NCBI GenBank assembly: GCA_034521595.1
Contig: JAXHMG010000003.1
Coordinates: 2,176,001 to 2,240,000, forward strand
Direction of reading: 5' to 3'
DNA length: 64,000 nt
From: Gemmatimonadota bacterium
Lineage (GTDB): Bacteria; Gemmatimonadota; Gemmatimonadetes; Longimicrobiales; Gaopeijiaceae
Position numbers and translations under genes: made by a program
Shown: positions 57,984 to 64,000 of the stretch, piece after piece
How positions within the stretch are numbered: position 1 is the stretch's first letter
Layout of the letters: every line of letters begins with the position of its first letter
The notes under the pieces: generated by a model
The model's input: the letters and a program-made list of their open reading frames with translations, nothing else
What the model was told of the DNA's origin: nothing
Database searches by the model: none

Positions 57984-59921
57984 ATGCCCATGTCCGAGGA
58001 ACGCAAACGGATCACCGACCTGATCCATTCCGACCGCCAGAAGCGTGACCAGGAAGCGTGGAAAGGAACCTTCCTGGACTACCTCGACCGGGTCCGGGAA
58101 GACCCCTCGATCGCCCGACTCGCCCACGAGCGGTTGCACCGCGTGATCACCGAGCACGGCGTGGGCGACATCCGGGACTCCGACGACCCGCGCACCCGAA
58201 AGGTCTTCGGCGACCAGCCGGTGAAGGTGTACGACTTCTTCAGCGACAGCTTCTTCGGGATCGAGCGCCCCATCGATCACATCGTGCGCTACCTCCACTC
58301 CGCGGCGCTCCAGGGCGAGGAATCCCGGCAGGTCCTGTGCCTCATCGGGCCGGTCGGCGCCGGGAAGAGCTCGCTCGTGGCCCGGCTTCAGGAGGGCCTG
58401 GAGCAGAGCGATCCGGTGTACGCGATCGAGGGGTGCCCCATGGCCGAGGAGCCGCTCCATCTGATCCCCAACGAGCTCCGTGAAGAGTTCGAGGAGATGC
58501 TCGACGTCCGCATCGAGGGCGAGCTTTGCCCGATCTGCCGCTTCCGGCTGCAGGAGGAGTTCGAGGGCCGTTACGAGGACGTGCCCGTCACTACGGTGCC
58601 GTTCTCCCGTCACCAGCGACGGGGCATCGGCGTGGTGCCCCCCGTCGATCCGAACAACCAGGATACGTCGGTGCTGATCGGCTCCGAGGACATCTCCAAG
58701 CTCGACCGGTACTCCGAAGGCGACCCGCGCGTGCTCGACCTCAACGGTGCCTTCAACGTCGGCAACCGCGGCATGACGGAGTTCATCGAGATCTTCAAGA
58801 ACGAGATCGAGTACCTCCACACCATCATCACGGCGACCCAGGAGAAGTTCATTCCGGCGCCGGGCCGGCACGGCACGGTGCACGTGGATACCGTGATCCT
58901 CGCGCACTCCAACGAGGCGGAGTGGCAGCGCTTCAAGGGGGACCACACGAACGAAGCGATCCTCGACCGGCTCGTGGTCGTGAAGGTCCCCTACAACCTC
59001 CGGCTCTCCGAGGAGGTGAAGATCTACCAGAAGCTCCTGGAGCAATCGAGCTTCGAGGCGCACGTCGCGCCCCACACGCTCGAGGTCGCCTCGATGTTCG
59101 CGATTCTGACCCGTCTCGAGGAGACCAACAAGAGTGACCTGATGACGAAGCTGCGCCTGTACAACGGCGAGGAAGTGGTCGAGAAGGGCAAGACGGTGAA
59201 GCTCGATCCCCGAGAGCTGCACGAGGAGTCTCCCCGGGAGGGCATGGACGGCGCCTCGACCCGGTTCATCGCCAAGGCACTGGACGCGACGCTCGCGAAC
59301 CATCCCGAAGGCATCAACCCGATCAACCTCCGCGAGACGCTCGTCCAGATGGTGAAGTCGGCCGATCTCTCCGACGAGGCACGGAAGCGCTACCTCGAGC
59401 TTCTCCAGGACACCGTGCACAAGGAGTACCTCTCGATTCTGGAGAAGGAGATCACGAAGGCGTTCGTCCACTCGTTCGAGGAGCAGGCCGAAACCCTGTT
59501 CCAGAACTACCTGGATCACGCCGAGGCCTTCGTGAACCGGAGTCGGGTCAAGGACAGCAGCACCGGCGAGGATCTCGAGCCGGACGAGGAGTTCCTGAAG
59601 TCGGTCGAGGAGCAGATCGCGATCGTCGGTTCGGCCGCCGAAGGCTTCCGGCAGGAAGTGATGGCCTACCTCTGGGCGGCCAGCCGCCGGGGCCAGAAGG
59701 TGACCTATACCTCGTACGAGCCCCTGCACGAAGCGATCGAGAACCGTCTGATGAGCTCCGCCCGGGAGATGAGCCGGGTCATCACGAAGGCCCGTACCCG
59801 GGACGAAGAGCAGCGGGAGAAGTACGACGATCTCGTCCAAGCGCTCGTCGACCGCGGTTATGACGAGACCTCGGCCGAGATGGTCCTCCGGTACGCGGCG
59901 AACAACCTCTGGAAGGACTGA
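57984..59921 (+). CDS. prkA: PrkA/YeaG family serine protein kinase (AAA+)
   Basis: FFGIE, GPVGAGKS Walker A, CPMAEEPL, NRGMTEFIEIFK, EGMDGASTRF. Confidence 0.95.
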   Translation: MPMSEERKRITDLIHSDRQKRDQEAWKGTFLDYLDRVREDPSIARLAHERLHRVITEHGVGDIRDSDDPRTRKVFGDQPVKVYDFFSDSFFGIERPIDHIVRYLHSAALQGEESRQVLCLIGPVGAGKSSLVARLQEGLEQSDPVYAIEGCPMAEEPLHLIPNELREEFEEMLDVRIEGELCPICRFRLQEEFEGRYEDVPVTTVPFSRHQRRGIGVVPPVDPNNQDTSVLIGSEDISKLDRYSEGDPRVLDLNGAFNVGNRGMTEFIEIFKNEIEYLHTIITATQEKFIPAPGRHGTVHVDTVILAHSNEAEWQRFKGDHTNEAILDRLVVVKVPYNLRLSEEVKIYQKLLEQSSFEAHVAPHTLEVASMFAILTRLEETNKSDLMTKLRLYNGEEVVEKGKTVKLDPRELHEESPREGMDGASTRFIAKALDATLANHPEGINPINLRETLVQMVKSADLSDEARKRYLELLQDTVHKEYLSILEKEITKAFVHSFEEQAETLFQNYLDHAEAFVNRSRVKDSSTGEDLEPDEEFLKSVEEQIAIVGSAAEGFRQEVMAYLWAASRRGQKVTYTSYEPLHEAIENRLMSSAREMSRVITKARTRDEEQREKYDDLVQALVDRGYDETSAEMVLRYAANNLWKD

Positions 59922-61147
59922 TGGACGGGTCGGACTCCGGCACGGTCTTCCGCGACTACTCCGAGTCGGACGCGGTGCGCTCGGACCGGAGCGCCGGCGA
60001 CCGGCATCGGCACCGCCAGAAGGTGCGCGAAGCGATCCGCGAGAACATCGCCGACGTGATCGCCGAGGAGTCCATCATCGGCCGAAGCGGCGACCGGATG
60101 GTCAAGGTGCCGATCCGTGGGATCCGCGAGTACCGGTTCGTCTACGGTCCGAACACACCGGGCGTTGGAGCCGGCGAAGGAGACACCGAGCCTGGCGACC
60201 GTGTCGGCAAAGCGCGCGAGCAGGGCGAGGGCGACGAGCCGGGTCCCGCGGGCGATCGCCCCGGGGTGGACCACTACGAGACCGAGATCTCACTCGAGGA
60301 CCTCGTCGACATCATGTTCGAGGACCTCGAGCTCCCGGAGATGGAGCGGAAGCGCTTTCGGGAGATTCCGACCGAGACGCAGCGCAAGCGCAAGGGCTAC
60401 CGCCGCTCCGGCGTCCGTGTGCACCTCGACAAGCGCCGCACGATGAAGTCCCGCATCCGCCGCAAGGTCGCCCGCTCGGGCGAGGCGTCCGCCACGGAGC
60501 GCCCGGAGGTGGAGGACCCGGATGCGGAGCGCTTCCCCTTCCACCGTGAGGACCTGACGTACCGGCGGATGGTCCGCGACGAGCGGCCGCACTCGAACGC
60601 CGTGGTGCTCTGCATCATGGACACGTCGGGCTCGATGGACATCATGAAGAAGTACCTGGCGCGCAGCTTCTTCTTCCTTCTCTACCAGTTCGTGCGGACC
60701 CGCTACCGGAACGTCGAGCTGGCGTTCATCGCGCACCACACCGAAGCGCGCGAGGTCTCGGAGGAGGAGTTCTTCCACAAGGCCGAATCCGGCGGCACGC
60801 GCATCTCGTCGGGCTACCACAAGGCGCTCGAGATCGTGCAGGAGCGCTACCATCCCTCCCTCTGGAACGTGTACGCGTTCCACTGCTCGGACGGGGACAA
60901 CTGGCCGGACGACACGGAGGAAGCCCTCAAAGCGGCCGAGGAGCTCTGCGACGTCGCTAACCTCTTCGGGTACGGCGAGATCAAGCCGCTCAACTCCCGG
61001 CACTACGGAAGCAGCCTGCTCGAGGACTTCGAGACGCTCGACGCGCCGAACTTCCAGACCGTGAAGATCGAGCGGAAGGAAGACCTCTGGCCGAGCTTCG
61101 AGCGCTTGCTCTCCCGTGAACGGACGGGAGCGCCTCAAGGGGGGTAG
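59921..61147 (+). CDS. yeaH: YeaH/YhbH family vWA-like protein (DUF444)
   Basis: FEDLELP, CIMDTSGSM, ESGGTRISS, YAFHCSDGDNW; TGATG coupling to prkA. Confidence 0.94.
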   Translation: MDGSDSGTVFRDYSESDAVRSDRSAGDRHRHRQKVREAIRENIADVIAEESIIGRSGDRMVKVPIRGIREYRFVYGPNTPGVGAGEGDTEPGDRVGKAREQGEGDEPGPAGDRPGVDHYETEISLEDLVDIMFEDLELPEMERKRFREIPTETQRKRKGYRRSGVRVHLDKRRTMKSRIRRKVARSGEASATERPEVEDPDAERFPFHREDLTYRRMVRDERPHSNAVVLCIMDTSGSMDIMKKYLARSFFFLLYQFVRTRYRNVELAFIAHHTEAREVSEEEFFHKAESGGTRISSGYHKALEIVQERYHPSLWNVYAFHCSDGDNWPDDTEEALKAAEELCDVANLFGYGEIKPLNSRHYGSSLLEDFETLDAPNFQTVKIERKEDLWPSFERLLSRERTGAPQGG

Positions 61148-61152
61148 GCGGT

Positions 61153-62607
61153 ATGGCGACGAGTTGGACCATCGACGAGCTCCAACGGTGGGACGAGCAC
61201 ATCCGCGAACAGGCGGAGGCGTTCGGGCTCGTCCTCCGGCCTCAGGAGTTCGAGATCTGCGATCGTGAACAGATGCTCGGATACATGGCCTACTCGGGCA
61301 TGCCGTCCCACTATCCGCATTGGTCGTACGGCAAGCGCTACGAGCGCATGAAGACGCTGCACGACTACGGCGTGACGGGCCTTCCCTACGAGATGGTGAT
61401 CAACAGCCACCCGGCGCTCGCCTACCTCATGCGGGACAACACGCTGGCCCAACAGGTCCTGACGATGGCGCACGTCTACGGGCACAACGACTTCTTCGAG
61501 AACAACTTCAACTTCGAGCCCACCCGTCCGGACCTCACCCTCGGCCGCTTCAAAGTGCGCGCCGACCGCATCCGTCGGTACGTGGAGGATCCGTCGATCG
61601 GCCTCGAGCGGGTCGAGCAAGTGCTCGACGCCGCGCACGCGCTATCGCTCCAGGTCCAGCGCAACCCGGCGATCCAGAAGCTGAGCCGCGAGGAGCAGGA
61701 GGAGCGGGCCCTGGCCCGGGCGCGGCCCCGCAAGGAGCCCCACCACGAGATCCGGACGCCGGACGAGCCCGTCGAAGTGGACCTCCACCGGACGCCGCTC
61801 GAGCCCGAGTCCGACCTCCTGCTCTTCATCCGGGACCACAATCCGTACCTGGCCGAGTGGGAGCGGGACGTCCTCACCATCGTGCACGACCAGGCTCGCT
61901 ACTTCGTGCCGCAGATCGAGACGAAGATCATGAACGAGGGGTGGGCCACGTACTGGCACCACCGGATCCTCAACGCGCTCGCGCTGCCCGAGGACCTGCA
62001 CATGGAGTTCCTGGTCCACCACAGCCAGGTGATCCGCACGCAGAAGGGCGACATCAACCCCTACCACCTCGGCTTCGTGCTCTGGCACGACATCCGGCGG
62101 CGCGCCGCCGGCGAGGAGGGACGCCCTGGCGAGGTCGACGTCCAGCGACTCCTCGAGGCCGGAGACGAGCCCCTTCCGGGCGAAGAGGAGCTCTTCGAGA
62201 TCCGGGAGGTGGACCGGGACGTGTCGTTCCTGCGGCGGTTCCTCACCTGGGACGTCATGCGCGAGCTCGACCTGTTCGAGTACGAGGAGGAAGACGAGGA
62301 CCTGGTGGTCTCACGGGTGTCGGACGCCGACGAGTGGACCCGGGTGAAGGAAACGCTCCTCCGGCAGGTCGGGATGGGCTCGGTCCCGGACATCCGCGTG
62401 CACGACGCCGACATGGACCGCAACCGCGTGCTTCTGCTCCGCCACCACCACGACGGAAGGGACCTCGACCTGGGGTACGCCGAGCAGACGCTCCGCCACA
62501 TCCACCGTCTCTGGGGACGCACGGTCGTCCTGGAGACGCGGATGGGAGAGGAAGCCGAGAAGGCCGTGCTCTCGTACGACGAGGAGGAGGGGTTCGAGGT
62601 CGCCTGA
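61153..62607 (+). CDS. spoVR: SpoVR family protein
   Basis: GMPSHYPHWSYGK, YEMVINS, HVYGHNDFFENN, TKIMNEGWATYWH, NPYHLG. Confidence 0.95.
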   Translation: MATSWTIDELQRWDEHIREQAEAFGLVLRPQEFEICDREQMLGYMAYSGMPSHYPHWSYGKRYERMKTLHDYGVTGLPYEMVINSHPALAYLMRDNTLAQQVLTMAHVYGHNDFFENNFNFEPTRPDLTLGRFKVRADRIRRYVEDPSIGLERVEQVLDAAHALSLQVQRNPAIQKLSREEQEERALARARPRKEPHHEIRTPDEPVEVDLHRTPLEPESDLLLFIRDHNPYLAEWERDVLTIVHDQARYFVPQIETKIMNEGWATYWHHRILNALALPEDLHMEFLVHHSQVIRTQKGDINPYHLGFVLWHDIRRRAAGEEGRPGEVDVQRLLEAGDEPLPGEEELFEIREVDRDVSFLRRFLTWDVMRELDLFEYEEEDEDLVVSRVSDADEWTRVKETLLRQVGMGSVPDIRVHDADMDRNRVLLLRHHHDGRDLDLGYAEQTLRHIHRLWGRTVVLETRMGEEAEKAVLSYDEEEGFEVA

Positions 62608-62743
62608 GCGGCCGCCCCGTCCGGTACGCGATCGAGCCTTCCACCGCTAGATTTCGAGTGACTCGCCGAAGCGAGCGCGTCGTCTCGCGGTCGTGAGGTC
62701 ACGCTCGAATGGGATGCCGATGAGCCACCTGTCGGAAGGCCGG

Positions 62744-63085
62744 ATGCGCGAGCTGGTCCTGACGCTTCTGGTGGCGTCTTTCGCGGTTTTCGTGCATCCA
62801 GCACCGACCGCGACCGAGTCCGACAGTTCTCAGGCCACACTCGGCCAGGTCAGCGAGCCGCCCCCGGCGGCTCTACCCACGCTGTCGCCGACCCTCTCGG
62901 CCGACGCGAGCCAGGAGTGGTCCAGCCGCGGCCACCACCACCATGCCCGTGTATCAGCGGACCCGTTCGCCGGGCATGAACCGAGCATATCCGGACCGTC
63001 GGACCCCGACGCCCTCACGCGCACGCTCGGCGGGTCCTTGCTCGGCCTCCCCACCGCTCCGGCCAACGCCCCTCCCCGCGGCTGA
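62744..63085 (+). CDS. Small exported low-complexity protein with HHHH and Pro-rich C-terminus
   Basis: Signal-like N-terminus MRELVLTLLVASFAVFV; RGHHHHAR; ends PTAPANAPPRG. Confidence 0.5.
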   Translation: MRELVLTLLVASFAVFVHPAPTATESDSSQATLGQVSEPPPAALPTLSPTLSADASQEWSSRGHHHHARVSADPFAGHEPSISGPSDPDALTRTLGGSLLGLPTAPANAPPRG

Positions 63086-63191
63086 ACCGCGAACACCGCC
63101 GAGGTGGTCGCAGCAGACCAGCCGCAGCTCGCCCCGCTCGCTCGCGAGGCGGGCTCCTCAGCACGATTCCATTCCCGGGGAGGGAATTCCC

Positions 63192-63389
63192 ATGCATACG
63201 CTCATCCAAGCCGTCGCAATCTTCGCGCTCATGCAGAACGCCGAGGGAGGCCAGACCTCCAACGGGTTCCTGCAGTCCATTCCGCGCGATCCCGCTTCTA
63301 TCTTCGCTCTGCTCGTGATCATCGTCGGAGCGGGCGCCGTCATGTGGTTCGGACGCCCGAAGGGCAACGGAAACGAGACCACCGACTGA
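63192..63389 (+). CDS. Small hypothetical membrane protein (65 aa)
   Basis: GGAGG RBS; hydrophobic helix IFALLVIIVGAGAVMWF. Confidence 0.65.
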   Translation: MHTLIQAVAIFALMQNAEGGQTSNGFLQSIPRDPASIFALLVIIVGAGAVMWFGRPKGNGNETTD

Positions 63390-63452
63390 CCCGGGAGACC
63401 TCGAGGCACCGCCGATCGGCCTGTGAGGCCGGTCGGCGGACGGCTCGATCCC

Positions 63453-63800
63453 TCAGGTCGGAGGCTCGTCCGGCCAGAGTTCGAGGCCCCGCACGTCTTC
63501 GAAATCGCGTCGGTTCAGGCTCCAGAGGGCCGCGTTCCACGAGATGGCGCACGCGGCTATGGCGAGGTCGAGCTCGCGCCCTCGGGGACGTGCCACCGCC
63601 CCGTAGAGACCGGCCGCGACCCTCGCTTCGGCGGGACCGAAGGGCACGGCGGAGGTACGCGGACCACGCCACCATTCGTAAAGGACGAGGGTGGGCAACA
63701 GGATCCGGTGACCCGCGTCGATCGCAGCGCGCAGAGCGTTCCTCGTGGGACCGTCGGAGCCGAACGCGTCGATCAGCACCGAGGTGTCGAGCAGGATCAC
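63453..63800 (-). CDS. vapC: PIN-domain (VapC-like) toxin, possibly with a short internal deletion
   Basis: ILLDTSVLID, LYE, DLAIAACA, LWSLNRRDF; GTGA overlap with the antitoxin gene. Confidence 0.88.
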   Translation of the reverse strand: MILLDTSVLIDAFGSDGPTRNALRAAIDAGHRILLPTLVLYEWWRGPRTSAVPFGPAEARVAAGLYGAVARPRGRELDLAIAACAISWNAALWSLNRRDFEDVRGLELWPDEPPT

Positions 63801-64000
63801 GCCCCGCCCTCGGGATCCGTCCTCCGCCCTCGCCGCCGGCGAGACGCACGCAGCGCTTCGAGGTCGGCATCCAGTTCCTCTCGGGGTCGGTCAGGAAGAG
63901 CCTCCGTGACCCGATCGAACCTCGCCAGCATGCGGTCGCGCTCTTCGTCCGACAAGCGTCCGAGGTGCTCGCCGTAGAGCTCGAGGGCCTCACGCACGAC
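63797..64000 (-). CDS. Antitoxin (RHH/VapB-like), 5' end outside window
   Basis: VVREALELY... helix, charged helical protein immediately upstream of and overlapping the PIN gene. Confidence 0.7.
   Translation of the reverse strand, partial: VVREALELYGEHLGRLSDEERDRMLARFDRVTEALPDRPREELDADLEALRASRRRRGRRTDPEGGA

Noticed and set aside
57984-62607. prkA-yeaH-spoVR as evidence of sporulation or a novel system
   Set aside because: Widely conserved triad that also occurs in non-sporulating bacteria

Overview
High-GC bacterial window. Gene content (acidobacterial-type PadR, SusC-like receptor, many lipoproteins, Sdh1-type operon) suggests Gemmatimonadota or a related phylum; this is an inference. Housekeeping genes are ffh, rpsP-rimM-trmD, rplS, rnhB, panD, pheA, an sdh operon, prkA-yeaH-spoVR and tRNA-Lys. 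They are interleaved with accessory envelope genes. The best candidate for an undescribed system is at 7-18 kb. An AraC-like regulator is followed by two tandem copies of a three-gene cassette: a small secreted two-Cys Ig-like protein, an Ig plus PQQ-type beta-propeller lipoprotein, and a translationally coupled TonB-dependent receptor. Each copy has a conserved ~200-nt leader with TGTTAC-N14-TGTTAC direct repeats and an RNA hairpin. A decayed paralogous receptor 3' end lies upstream. Other notable items: a cholesterol-dependent-cytolysin-like lipoprotein with a 7-repeat FG-GAP propeller, behind an ECF sigma whose partner kinase appears reduced to an N-terminal stub; two copies of a fold-back MITE-like element with a concerted change in both terminal repeats; several apparent in-frame internal-deletion pseudogenes (HepT, serpin, possibly VapC, siderophore-binding protein/FhuF); and a probable attenuator before pheA. 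No CRISPR array, rRNA, integrase, transposase or reverse transcriptase was recognised. All family assignments are from motif recognition by eye; no searches were run.
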